A DNA stretch of 64,000 nt, taken from contig OZ245006.1 in assembly GCA_965223545.1 (NCBI GenBank), positions 2,464,001-2,528,000 on the forward strand, in the 5' to 3' direction. The stretch comes from Planctomycetota bacterium (GTDB taxonomy: Bacteria; Planctomycetota; UBA1135; UBA2386). The notes below the pieces were generated by a model. That model saw nothing but the letters and a program-made list of their open reading frames with translations. It was not told the DNA's origin and searched no databases. Of this stretch, positions 27,654 to 38,500 are shown one piece after another. The translations under genes were made by a program, and so were the position numbers. Each line of letters opens with the position of its first letter. The first letter of the stretch is position 1.

Positions 27654-28238
27654 CTACCAGCACCACGACGGCCCCCAATGCCAGCCGATGAAGAGGGGAC
27701 CCGGCCACCAGTGTCGGTAGCGTCGCCGCAGCAACTGGAAGCCGGTGTGCTGCTCATAGCCCCAATCGTCGGGACCGAGCAGGTTCCAGCGCACGCGAAA
27801 GCCGCGCACGTGGCGCAAGGCGTCGTGCTCCGGCAACTGGAACTCGAGGTCGAAGCGGCGCACCGCACCCGCGGGCGTCTCCCACGTTCCGCCCTCGCCG
27901 TCGGCCTCGAGCACCTCCCAGGTGCGCTCGCCGAGATCGACGTCCTCGACTCGAGTGCCGGCGGGGTCCAGCTGCAGCGGAACATCGAGCGCGTTCTCGA
28001 CCTCGAAGCCGACGTGCAGTGACGCAATCGGCGGCTCCTCGTCGCGGAACATGGTGATGCCATCCGACCAGACCCGCACCTCGCCCCAGCGAACGCCTTC
28101 GTGGCCGAGTTCGTACTCCGCCGCCGGACGACCATCGGGCGACTGCGCGTGCGCGCGCTCGGTCGGTTCGAAGTCACGGTGAGTCACCGCGCACGCCGAC
28201 AACGACATCGCCAGCGCGCACCAGAACAAGGACCGCAT
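27654..28238 (-). CDS. Hypothetical lipoprotein with a Trp-rich C-terminus
   Basis: MRSLFWCALAMSLSAC lipobox; ends in HWWPGPLFIGWHWGPSWCW. Confidence 0.7.
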   Translation of the reverse strand: MRSLFWCALAMSLSACAVTHRDFEPTERAHAQSPDGRPAAEYELGHEGVRWGEVRVWSDGITMFRDEEPPIASLHVGFEVENALDVPLQLDPAGTRVEDVDLGERTWEVLEADGEGGTWETPAGAVRRFDLEFQLPEHDALRHVRGFRVRWNLLGPDDWGYEQHTGFQLLRRRYRHWWPGPLFIGWHWGPSWCW

Positions 28239-28344
28239 CGGCGCCACTGGACGCAGAGTTTGCGCACCTGTCAAGTAGCCCGGACAGGCGCGGGGTGGCG
28301 CGAGATTCCATTGACGGTGCGAAGATCGGGGCCCGCACGGCACA

Positions 28345-30000
28345 ATGCTCAGCATGCGTGATTCTGCCCTGCTGCTGTTCTGCACACTCCCGGTCTTGTC
28401 GTGCAGCATGCCACCAGCCACTGCCGACAGCGACCCCGTCGCCGTGGCCGAGTCCCCGATCACCGCCGACCGCCTCGCCGCGGAGATTCGCTGGCTGTCG
28501 AGCGACCTGTTCGAGGGCCGTGGGGTCGGCACCCGGGGGGACGCGCTCACCCGCGCCTATCTGCGCAGCCAGTTCGAACAGATCGGACTCGAACCGGGCA
28601 ACGGCGACCGCTACGAGCAACCGGTGCCGATCATCGGCATCACGCCGCGCGTCACCCAACCGTTGAGCGCACGCGGCGCCGGCGGCGAGCTCACGTTCAG
28701 CGCACCCGACGACTACACCGCGGCGGCCGGCACCCCCGATGCGACGACGCAGTGGCGCGACGCCGAGCTGGTGTTCGTCGGCTACGGCATCGACGCACCG
28801 GAGCAGCAATGGGACGACTTCGGCGACTACGATCTCACCGGCAAGGTCGCGCTGGTGATGAACAACGACCCGTCCGGCGACCCGGAGCTGTTCGCCGGCG
28901 ACACGCGGCTCTACTACGGCCGTTGGTCCTACAAGTTCGAAGAGGCGGCGCGCCGCGGCGCGGTCGGCGCGATCGTCATCCACACCAACACCTCGGCCGG
29001 CTACCCGTTTCAGGTGATCCAAGCAACGCACGGCAAAGAGGCGTTTTGGCTGCCGTTCGAGGCCGGCATGCCGACCCTGCAGCTGCGCAGCTGGTGCAGC
29101 GAAGACGCAGCACGCAAGTTGGCCGCATTGGGTGGACACGACCTCGACGCGCTGCGCGCCAGCGCCGAGCAGCGCGCGTTCACCCCGGTGCCGCTCGGCG
29201 TCACCGTGGCGATGGCCACCGAGAACACCGTGCAAGAGGTGCCCTCGGCCAACGTCCTCGCCGTCCTTCCCGGGAGCGATCCGGCACTGCGCGACCAGTA
29301 CGTCGTGGTCACCGCTCACTTCGACCACCTCGGCATCGGCGCGGAGAAGAAGAACGACTCGATCTACAACGGCGCCTTGGACAATGCCTCCGGCACCGCC
29401 GCGATGCTGGCGATCGCGCGGGCGTGCGCCGCCTTGCGCCCCGCGCCGCGGCGCAGCCTGATGTTCGCGGCGGTGACTGCCGAGGAGTCCGGTCTGCTCG
29501 GCTCCCGGCACTTCTCGCGCTCCCCCACCGTGCCGGCGGCGCAGATCGTCGCCAACTTCAACATCGACGGCATCAACATCTGGGGCCCGACCCACGACAT
29601 CGGCATGATCGGCCACGGCAAGAACTCCCTCACCGCGCTGGCGGACGAGGTCGCCCAACGGCGCGGCCGCACACTGAAGCCCGACAGCCAGCCCGAGCTC
29701 GGTCTGTTCTACCGCTCCGACCACTTCTCGTTCGCTCGGATCGGCGTCCCCGCGGCGTTCTTCAAGGCCGGGAGTGACTTCCTCGAGAACAAGTCCGGCC
29801 GCGTGCGCGTCAAGACCATGTACACCACCGTGCACTACCACCAGCCGTCGGACGAGTACGACGACCGCTGGATCCTGGACGGGGCGGTGGAGGATGCCGA
29901 GCTGATCCTCGAGTGCTTGCTGCAAACCGCCAACGCCGATGCCCAGCCGCGCTGGACGCCCGGGGACGAGTTCGAGAAGCACTGGCAGCCGGCGCAGTAG
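28345..30000 (+). CDS. M28 family aminopeptidase with PA domain (probable lipoprotein)
   Basis: LSSDLFEGRG, YYGRWSYKFEEA, TAHFDHLG, GALDNASG, TAEESGLLGS, RSDHFSF, YHQPSD. Start may be 28354. Confidence 0.92.
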   Translation: MLSMRDSALLLFCTLPVLSCSMPPATADSDPVAVAESPITADRLAAEIRWLSSDLFEGRGVGTRGDALTRAYLRSQFEQIGLEPGNGDRYEQPVPIIGITPRVTQPLSARGAGGELTFSAPDDYTAAAGTPDATTQWRDAELVFVGYGIDAPEQQWDDFGDYDLTGKVALVMNNDPSGDPELFAGDTRLYYGRWSYKFEEAARRGAVGAIVIHTNTSAGYPFQVIQATHGKEAFWLPFEAGMPTLQLRSWCSEDAARKLAALGGHDLDALRASAEQRAFTPVPLGVTVAMATENTVQEVPSANVLAVLPGSDPALRDQYVVVTAHFDHLGIGAEKKNDSIYNGALDNASGTAAMLAIARACAALRPAPRRSLMFAAVTAEESGLLGSRHFSRSPTVPAAQIVANFNIDGINIWGPTHDIGMIGHGKNSLTALADEVAQRRGRTLKPDSQPELGLFYRSDHFSFARIGVPAAFFKAGSDFLENKSGRVRVKTMYTTVHYHQPSDEYDDRWILDGAVEDAELILECLLQTANADAQPRWTPGDEFEKHWQPAQ

Positions 30001-30028
30001 CGCTCGCGGGCGCTACGATCGGCTTGGA

Positions 30029-31600
30029 ATGCCCGACCGATCCACCACCCGAACCCTCTGCGTGCTCGCCAGTCTCGGCCTCGGCGCCGCGCTCACCGCC
30101 CAGCCAGCGCCGCGCACCGTGCCCGAGGAGAGCGAGCACGGGCGCACTTCGACGCACGACGAGGTGTCTGCCTTCGTCGACGCCGTGCTGGAGATGCCGG
30201 GCGCGGGCCGCCTGCGGGCTGGCACGCTCGGCGTGACCAACGAAGGCCGCGAGATCCTCACCGTGACCGCCGCCGTCCCGGTCCTGGCCGAAACGCGTGC
30301 CGACGCAGCCGGCGACCGGCTGCGAATCTTGATCAACGCCAACATCCACGGTGGCGAGGTGGAGGGCAAAGAGGCCTGCTTGATGCTGCTGCGGGAGATC
30401 GCCACCGGAGCTCACGATGCACTGCTGCGAGACGCGGTACTGCTGTTCGTGCCGGACTTCAACGCCGACGGCAACGACGCGCTGGCGGCCAACCAACGGC
30501 GCGGACAGAACGGGCCGCGGCAGATCGGCCGCCGCGCCAACGCGCAGGGGCTCGATCTCAACCGCGACTTCGTCAAGGCCGAGTCGCCCGAAGTGCGCGG
30601 CCTGCTCGGTGCGATCAAGGCCTTCGACCCGCACCTGTTCATCGATCTGCACACCACCAATGGTTCGCACCACGGCTACCACCTGACCTATGCGCCATCG
30701 CTGTCCGCCAACGTCGACGCCGAGCTCGATGGCTTCGCACGCCAAGACTTCCTGCCAGCGGTCACCGAGGCATTGCAAGAGCAAGACGGCTTCCGGGCGT
30801 TTCACTACGGCAACTTCGGTCGCGGTGAGACCAAGAGCTGGTCGACCTACGACCATCGACCGCGCTTCGGCACCAACTACTACGGCTTGCGCAACCGACT
30901 CGCGTTGTTGTCGGAGGCCTACGCCTACCTGGATTTCGCGACGCGCATCGCGGTGACGCGGGCCTTCGTGCTGCGCGCGGTCGGCGTCGCCGTCGAGACC
31001 GCCGACCGCATCCGCTCGTTGTGCGCGGCAGCCGACCGGCGACTGCTCGACGGAGACGAGATCGCGTTCGGCTTCGACACCGTACTCGGCGCGCCCCGCG
31101 ACGCCGAGGTCTTGGTCGGCAGCGTCGAGCGCGTTACCGGCGACGACGGCAGCCTGCGCTTGGTCGCCCATGACACCGTCACCGCCGAGCGGATGGCGGT
31201 CCGCGATCACTTCGTCGCTCGCCAGCACCGCCCCCTGCCGGAGGGCTGGCTGCTGGTCGCGCCGACCGCTGCGGCGCGCATGGCCCTCGAGCTGCACGGC
31301 CTCGACTTCGAGGAATTGGCCGACGCCCGCACCCTGGAGTGCGAGGTGTTCGTCACCGAGGAGCTGGTGCGCGCCCGCCGCGCGTTCCAGGGACACCACG
31401 AGCTGAGCGTGCGCGGCACTTGGGTCCGGCGCACTCAGGACTGCCCGGAGGGGAGCCTCTGGGTCCCGGCGCGCCAGCGCCTCGGCCGACTCGCCGCCCA
31501 GCTGCTCGAGCCCGAATCCGAGGACGGCCTGCTGACCTGGGGCGCACTCGACACGGGCGACGAAGCTCCTGCGCTACCGCTGCGAGTCCGCTCGCGGTAG
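30029..31600 (+). CDS. M14 family Zn carboxypeptidase, secreted
   Basis: Signal peptide; NIHGGEVEGKE (HxxE), NADGN, DLNRDF, IDLHTTNGS. Confidence 0.9.
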   Translation: MPDRSTTRTLCVLASLGLGAALTAQPAPRTVPEESEHGRTSTHDEVSAFVDAVLEMPGAGRLRAGTLGVTNEGREILTVTAAVPVLAETRADAAGDRLRILINANIHGGEVEGKEACLMLLREIATGAHDALLRDAVLLFVPDFNADGNDALAANQRRGQNGPRQIGRRANAQGLDLNRDFVKAESPEVRGLLGAIKAFDPHLFIDLHTTNGSHHGYHLTYAPSLSANVDAELDGFARQDFLPAVTEALQEQDGFRAFHYGNFGRGETKSWSTYDHRPRFGTNYYGLRNRLALLSEAYAYLDFATRIAVTRAFVLRAVGVAVETADRIRSLCAAADRRLLDGDEIAFGFDTVLGAPRDAEVLVGSVERVTGDDGSLRLVAHDTVTAERMAVRDHFVARQHRPLPEGWLLVAPTAAARMALELHGLDFEELADARTLECEVFVTEELVRARRAFQGHHELSVRGTWVRRTQDCPEGSLWVPARQRLGRLAAQLLEPESEDGLLTWGALDTGDEAPALPLRVRSR

Positions 31601-31639
31601 CCGCCCGACTCCGGCGCGGGACTTGCGGGTCGGGCCAGC

Positions 31640-31966
31640 ATGCGCACACCCGTGTCCACTCTCCTGTCGCTCGCTCTGGGCGCGCTCACCGCCACCGCGG
31701 TGCTGACGCCGACTGCCACTCAACGGACCTCTGCGGCCTCGACGCCGGCTGCGAGCCGCGCGGAGGCGTGCGTGTTCGTCACCAGGCCGGCGCGTCTACC
31801 GTCCTGGAAGGCCGGCGAGTTGTATCGCCAGGACGACATGCTCAGCCAGGTCTACCAGGAGCTCGATGCCCTCGGCTACGACATCGATCACATCCAAACG
31901 ATGACGACCCAGCTGCGCGAGGAACTCTATCCCGAGCACCGCGTGGTCTTCTTCTGCCGGCGGTGA
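31640..31966 (+). CDS. Small secreted hypothetical protein (108 aa)
   Basis: Signal-like N-terminus, two Cys and a C-terminal VVFFCRR; fills the gap between its neighbours. Confidence 0.6.
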   Translation: MRTPVSTLLSLALGALTATAVLTPTATQRTSAASTPAASRAEACVFVTRPARLPSWKAGELYRQDDMLSQVYQELDALGYDIDHIQTMTTQLREELYPEHRVVFFCRR

Positions 31967-31982
31967 CCCCGTCGGTGGTGGC

Positions 31983-32909
31983 CTACGAGACCAAGTCCTC
32001 GACCGGCAGCTGGACGTGGAGCTCGAAGTGCTGCTCCCCGTGCGCGAACGGTCGACCAATCCACGCTTCGGTACACGGGTGCGCCGACGGCTGGTAGCCG
32101 CTTGCCGGCAGCCAGGTGCCGAACAGCCAATCCAACGCGCGGACCTCCAAGTCGATGCCGCCACGCACTTCGAGCTCGGCCACGCACATGGTTGGCAACT
32201 CGAGGACACCGACGTCGCCATCCGAGGTCACCGAACCGTCCACGACCACCCCGACGTCGTAGCGGCAGTCCTCGCGCGCAACGATGTCGGGGTCGTCCCA
32301 CATGTAGCCGAGCCACTGGCCGTCGGCCAACCCGCGCCGCTCCGCCCAAGACACGAGCTGTCGCGCGGCGGCGACGACGACGCCGCGGCGGTAGGGATCG
32401 GCCACGCGTACGTAAGCGACGCGCCGCGGCGGCAACCCGCGCACGGTCGCCGAGAACCCGTCCGGATTGTCACCGGGGGGCAACCGCGCCAGCAGATGGC
32501 GGGCGTCGTCCCCACCCATCGCGGCAATCAGCTCATCGCGGCGCTGCGCGCGCAACGCACCGACGTCGAACTCACTCGGCGGCACGCCATAGCGCTGTTT
32601 GAAGCTGCGCGAGAAATCGGACGATGAGGCGAATCCACAACGCAACGCCACTTCGGTCAGCGACGGCATCGGCGGGTGCGACAACAGCATGAGTGCACGC
32701 TCCAGCCGCACTCGCTTGACGAACTGAGCCAGGGTCTCGCCGACCAAGGCGCGGAACACGCGATGGAAGTGGAATGGCGAGAAACACGCAACGCGCGCCA
32801 CGGTCTCCAACGGTAGCGGCTCGTCGAGGTGACGCACGATGTGATCGATGGCGCGATTGACGCGCTCGACGTAGTCGGCGCGCGCGGCGATCGAGTTCGG
32901 TCGGCCCAC
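31983..32909 (-). CDS. AraC family transcriptional regulator with GyrI-like effector domain
   Basis: SPFHFHRVF...RVRLERA, CGFASSSDFSRSFK HTH; C-terminal DDP...CRYD, WLPASGY. Confidence 0.92.
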   Translation of the reverse strand: MGRPNSIAARADYVERVNRAIDHIVRHLDEPLPLETVARVACFSPFHFHRVFRALVGETLAQFVKRVRLERALMLLSHPPMPSLTEVALRCGFASSSDFSRSFKQRYGVPPSEFDVGALRAQRRDELIAAMGGDDARHLLARLPPGDNPDGFSATVRGLPPRRVAYVRVADPYRRGVVVAAARQLVSWAERRGLADGQWLGYMWDDPDIVAREDCRYDVGVVVDGSVTSDGDVGVLELPTMCVAELEVRGGIDLEVRALDWLFGTWLPASGYQPSAHPCTEAWIGRPFAHGEQHFELHVQLPVEDLVS

Positions 32910-32942
32910 GGGGACACCGTATACGGCCGCGACGCTCGATCG

Positions 32943-34970
32943 CTACAGGATGTCGAGCACACCGCCGCTGCCGTCGGTCAGCGTCGGCATCACCACGCGG
33001 TAGTCGATGCCGGCCGACAGCGGAGCTTGCCATGGCACCAAGGCGGAGTCACAGACCGCGCCGAGCGCGACGATCGCATAGCCGCGCGCCAGCCGGCCGA
33101 GCTCAGCATCGGACGCCAGCCGCGCCAACCCGGCCAACACCCGGCGATCACCGACTTGGCCCAGCGCCACCGCCACCGACGCCAGCCTGGCCAGCGTTGG
33201 CCGCTCTCGCTCCAGCTCGTCGAGCAACCGCGGACCAATGCTCTTGTCGCCGAGCATCGCCAACGCCGAGCTCGTCTCGATCAGGATGCGCGGGCGGTGC
33301 ACCTGACGCACGGCGACTTCGCGCAAGAGCACCAGGGCACGCCGGTCGCCGATCAAGCCGAGGGCGATGCTGACCGGCGCCGCCACCGGCTCGCGGCTGG
33401 CATTCTCGCGCAGGAGCGCGAGCAGCGGCTCGACCGCTTCGCGATCGCGCGCCAGGCCGAGCGACACCGCCAACGCCCCGCGCAACGACGGACTGACCGT
33501 ATCCGCGAGCTCGCGCCGCAAGGCCTCGGCGACGCCCCCGGATCCCGGCGCACCACGCGCCAGCAGCCCGAGAGCCAACGCGATCCACGGTCTCTCGGTC
33601 GCCGGATTGGCGCGCGCGAGGGCACGCAACAAGAACTCGCGATTCTCGCCTCCCCCAATGCGGCCCAGCGAGATCACACTGTAGTAGCGCGCCTGTTGAT
33701 CCTTGCCCTTCTCGTAGTAGACGCGCAGCGCCCGTCCGGCGTCGGCATCGGCGGAGGTCGCGAGATCGGCCAGCGCCACCGCTGCGGTGCGGGCGAACGG
33801 CGCGGCGCCGGTCGACGGATCCCGCAGATCCTCGACGCACACCCGCCGGTAGCGCTCGCGCCGCGCGGGATCGTCGCGGACCATCGCCGCGATCGCCGTC
33901 GTCGCCGCAGCCTGGATCACCCGCTCACCGCGCCCGCGAGACGCCGAACGGTACTCCCGCAGCGCACGCAATGCAGCGTCCACGAGCTGTGCCCCCTGGT
34001 AGGACCGCGACGCCGGCGCCAGATCGACCGTGCGCAGTCCGTGCACGGCCGCCAACGTGACGCCCCACCGCGCATCACCCCTCTCGAGTAGCGCGATCAG
34101 CGGTTCCGCCGCGCGACGCTTGCCTTGCAGGCCGACTTGCGCGCGCCCGTTGAGCCCGAGCGCATAGGCGGCGAACGCACGCATCCGATCGTCGACCTGC
34201 GTCGTACCACACATCGTCCGCCCCAGCTCGCTGTCCAACGCCAGCTCGGCAAGCCAGGGCAAGCACACCGGATCGCGGCCGATCCCCATGCCGAGGACGG
34301 CCGCCTCCCGGACCGGTCGCAAGGGGCTGCGCAGTCGAGCGCGCAGTGCCACCCGCGCCGCACGCCGTCCGACGGACCGCAGTTTCGCCACGCCGATCAA
34401 CGCCGCGGTGGTGACATCGCGTTGGTCATCGCCGGCGAGCACCCCCTCGAACACCGGCAGGGCAATCTCGCCAAGATCGCGCTCGCTGGGCGCCAGTGTC
34501 CCCGCCACGCGCCGCCTCGCTCCCCCCATGTAGAATTCGTCGGAGCCGGTGGTGACGACGCGGTGCACCGCTTCCCTGAGGCCGAGAAACTGGTCGCGGT
34601 TGTACAGCCACCAGTACTCCCATCCGCTGAAGTCGACCTGCAGCGCACTGGAGCCGCCGGTCGGCCCACCCGAGCGTTGCGGCCTGGCCGCACCCGTCGC
34701 CGGCGCGATCCCAGGGCTCGCGGGCGCGGGCTGCAGCCCGCCCGCTGCGCCACCGCTCGGCGTCGGCGAGGGCGGAGCGCCGAGAGTCGGCGGTGGCGGA
34801 GGCGGAGTTTCGGCGGGCGGCGGCGGCGGCGCCGGCACGCGACCGCCGTGCGGCAGGAGCGCGGCGGGAGCGACCGCGACACAGATGACGGCGGCGGCCA
34901 GGGATGCAAGCAGGACTCTCAAGGGTCGGCCTCGGATGTTCGCGCTAGAGGGGGACCGGACTCGCAGCAA
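32943..34970 (-). CDS. Exported HEAT-repeat protein with a Pro-rich N-terminus
   Basis: Signal/TM segment, PPPPP linker, [10 protein letters not shown] motif, repeated A-x-x-ALG helical units. Start uncertain. Confidence 0.75.
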   Translation of the reverse strand: MLRVRSPSSANIRGRPLRVLLASLAAAVICVAVAPAALLPHGGRVPAPPPPPAETPPPPPPTLGAPPSPTPSGGAAGGLQPAPASPGIAPATGAARPQRSGGPTGGSSALQVDFSGWEYWWLYNRDQFLGLREAVHRVVTTGSDEFYMGGARRRVAGTLAPSERDLGEIALPVFEGVLAGDDQRDVTTAALIGVAKLRSVGRRAARVALRARLRSPLRPVREAAVLGMGIGRDPVCLPWLAELALDSELGRTMCGTTQVDDRMRAFAAYALGLNGRAQVGLQGKRRAAEPLIALLERGDARWGVTLAAVHGLRTVDLAPASRSYQGAQLVDAALRALREYRSASRGRGERVIQAAATTAIAAMVRDDPARRERYRRVCVEDLRDPSTGAAPFARTAAVALADLATSADADAGRALRVYYEKGKDQQARYYSVISLGRIGGGENREFLLRALARANPATERPWIALALGLLARGAPGSGGVAEALRRELADTVSPSLRGALAVSLGLARDREAVEPLLALLRENASREPVAAPVSIALGLIGDRRALVLLREVAVRQVHRPRILIETSSALAMLGDKSIGPRLLDELERERPTLARLASVAVALGQVGDRRVLAGLARLASDAELGRLARGYAIVALGAVCDSALVPWQAPLSAGIDYRVVMPTLTDGSGGVLDIL

Positions 34971-35149
34971 GCCGGGTACCGCCGCCCCGCCGCGGTGCTG
35001 TCAGCGGATCACCGCCAGACACCGTTACGCAAGCGGAACGACACCGAGCCCAGCCCGTCCAACCGGCGAATCGCAAGATCTGGCAAGCGTCCCCCGCCCG
35101 CGGCCGGCAAGGTGGAACTCGTCCCTTCTCCAACGACCAGCGCGATCCG

Positions 35150-35533
35150 ATGAACCTGGGTGCCTTCTCCATCAGCCTCACCGTCAAAGACCTGGCGGCC
35201 TCTCGCGACTTCTACGCCAAGCTCGGCTTCGAGCCCATCGGCGGCGACGAGTCCCACAACTACCTGATCCTCCGCAACGGCGACTGCTTGATCGGGCTGT
35301 TCCAGGGCATGTTCGACCGCAACATCCTGACCTTCAACCCGGGCTGGACCGCGCAGCAAGAGACGCTGGCCGAGTTCACCGACGTGCGCACGATCCAAGA
35401 CACCTTGCGCAGCCGTGGGATCGCCATCAAGACCGAGACCGATCCCGACGGCCGCGGGCCGGGCAGCATCGCGCTGCTCGATCCCGACGGCAACCCGGTG
35501 CTCATCGACCAACACGTGCCCGCGCCCGAGTGA
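35150..35533 (+). CDS. VOC/glyoxalase family protein
   Basis: [52 protein letters not shown]. Confidence 0.92.
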   Translation: MNLGAFSISLTVKDLAASRDFYAKLGFEPIGGDESHNYLILRNGDCLIGLFQGMFDRNILTFNPGWTAQQETLAEFTDVRTIQDTLRSRGIAIKTETDPDGRGPGSIALLDPDGNPVLIDQHVPAPE

Positions 35534-35557
35534 ACGGGCAAGCGGTGAGGCGCTCGG

Positions 35558-38500
35558 TCAGTTGCGAGCCGAGCGGAACTCGACCCCCGCCACCGACCCC
35601 GACTCGGTGGCGGCATCCACCGTGGCAACGTCGACCGCGCATCGGAACCCGAGGCTCGGGCGGCGATCGGTGATCTGGCGCGGCGCCGCCACGTAGAAGT
35701 GAAACGCACCCAGACTGTCGTAGCTCGCGCCCGCGGCAAAGCGCCGCTGGGTGCCGCCTCCATCGGTGGCGGTCCACTCCGCGACATTGCTGCACAGGTT
35801 GCGAATGCCCGCGCCGACGCCATCGGGGGTCACGTCACCGCCGCGTTCGACCGGCCAGGGTGAACGGCCGCCGGTCATGTCGAGGTCGACATTGAACTCG
35901 TCTGGTTCGAGCATGCCTCCGACCTGCGCGCAAGAGTACGGACGGTAGGACCGACCGCCGCGGACGGCGTACTCCCACTCCACCAAGGTCGGCAACCGCT
36001 TGCCGGCCCAGCGCGCGTAGGCCGACGCCTCGCGCCAATCGACTCCGGTCACCGGGAGGGCACCCTCCTGCTGCTCCAGCCGGCGCAGCAAGGACGCGCG
36101 GCGATCCGCGGCAGGCGGATCGCCATCCCAGTGCCCCGCATCACCGAAACCGTCCTCAGCGCGCAAGAACGCCGCGTACTGCTCGACGGTGACTTCGTTG
36201 ACGTCCAGATAGAACGTCTCCACCGGCCGGTAGTCGAGCTGTGGCTGGCCGCGGTGCTCGAGCCCGTAGTCTCGGAACGTCGCCTGCTCTTCGCGCACGG
36301 AACGCCCGGCAAACGCGTAGCGCGCATCGCCGCTCACCAGCCGCATCGCACCGATGCCCACCGCCGGTGCGCGAACGCGATGGACCGAGACCAACGCCGG
36401 ACGTTGCACTTCGAAACTCTCGACCTCGATCGATTCGATTGTCGCGCGCGACACGTTGCCAGAGGAGTCGGTGGCCTCACAAACCAACTCGAGCCGCTCA
36501 GCGGACCACGACGCGGGCAGCTCGAAGACCCCATCCCACTGCGAAACCGTGCGATCCTCGGTCGCCGAGCTGAGCGTGATCGGTCCCAACAGCCGTCCAT
36601 CGTTGTCGCGCGCCGTACACCGCACGGAGGTGACCCCGTTGGGATCCTCCGCCCGCACGACCACCTGAAACCGATTGCGCTCTTTGGAGAACCAGCGCGC
36701 ACCGACCGGACTCTGAAACCGCAGCGCCGGCCCGTCCTTGGCCACGGTCCACCGCGGCAAGCTGTCCGGATCGACGTGCAGTGCGTTGCCGGCCGCATCC
36801 TGGCCGGAGACGACGAGCTGGTAGTCCCCGTCGCTCAGTGTCGCCGGATCCACGGCCAGGTCCGCCCACGACCGCCGCACGGCGGCTCGACCCGGCAAGA
36901 GCACATCGGGAGCGCGCGCCGCACTGTCGATCGGTCGGCCTCCGCGGTGCACCACCCACTGCAGGTAGACCGGCGTTCGCCCGGAGCCGCCGGCATCCTC
37001 CACGCCCACCTCGACGACGGGCTCACCGGCACCGACGTCGCTCTGCACCGTGGCGCCAACCGTGCTCCGCAGCTGCAACGTCGGCGGCGTCGAGTCGCGG
37101 ATCACCACGAGCCGATAGCGAAACTCCGGTTCCTCGGGCTTGTCGATGCCACCAGCCTGACGACGGAACGCGGCCACTTCGATATCGTACTCACCGTCAA
37201 CGGCGAGCGGCACCTCGGTCGCCGCACTCGAGTTGCCGTGCAACGACACGGACCTGGTCGCTGCAGTTCCGCCGGGGCCGCGCCAAGCGACTTCCGCCGT
37301 GACCTGCACCTGGTTGCGTTGTAGTGAGAGCACCACCGCATCGCCGTTGGTGTAGTACTCCGGCGACCCACCACCGGCTTCTACGGGTTCCAAGCCCTCA
37401 GGCGACACCGTGAGCTCGGGTGGACGGGGCTCGTACAGAAACTCGACCCTGGCCTTGGCTTCGCCGCGCGAGCGATCGGCGTGGAACGACGAGCTGGAAT
37501 CATCGGCAGCGACCTCGATCACCCCGGTGTAGGGCCGGTCCAGCTGCGGGAAGGACAGCCTCGTACCATCACCCTCGACGTGCAGCTCGACGGCGACCTC
37601 GGCTCCGTCCTGATCGCGCACCACGATCGACGTGACGGCCGGCCGATTGGTGGCCGCCACCAACTTCGGCACCGCACGCGCCGGAACGATGAAGACGCCC
37701 GGGCGGGCGCGCACACACCCCTGCAGGTCGAGGCTCAGGGTCAGCGGACGCGGGTCCACGTCCATCGCCAGCGTCTCGGTGCGCACGACACCGGCGTGGT
37801 CGGCAACCTCGACGAGGAACTCGACCGTGCGGGCCTCGCGCTCCTCACCCGCCAACCAGCTGAGAGGCAACGAGAACACGGACTTGTCGTTGACCGATCG
37901 CGACCGATCCAAGGGCGCGGCCCGCATCTGCCCGCCGGCAGCCACGGTCACGCTATCGATGAACGCCGGATCCCCGGAGATCTCGACATCCAACGCCATC
38001 CCCACCGGATCCAGCACGCGGTCCTGACGACCCGGCACGACCACTCGCTCGAGACGCCACGCCTCGCCCGCGAGGTAGACGACGCGGATCGGCTCGCTGT
38101 ACTGGGTGGAGCCGCCGGCGATGACCTCGACGTAGCCACGCACATCGACCATGCGCTGCAGGTCGCCGGGCGCCGCGATCGAGAGAGAGTGCGCCCGCTC
38201 GTCGCCGACGAAGCCGAGCTGCCAGCCAGGCAACACGTCGATTCCCGTCTGCGGGTCGGACACCAGCCGCAGCCGCGCTTCCTGATGCGATAGCTTGAGG
38301 TTGGCCACTCCGATGCGTAGATCGGGCTGCTGCGGCCCCAAGTAGACCGTTCCCCCCTCGATCGCCAGGTCGATGGGATCCAGCCCCGGCGCCGGCCGCA
38401 TCACCCAGAGGGCCAGCAGAGCCAGGGCGACAGCCACCCCCGCGATCCACGGCCAGACCGCCGGCGGCTTGGCAACCCGTGCCAGCTCCGCGTAGGCGGC

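Noticed and set aside
34690..34840. GC-rich ggcggc tandem tract as a DNA repeat element
   Set aside because: It encodes the poly-Pro linker of the HEAT-repeat protein on the minus strand.
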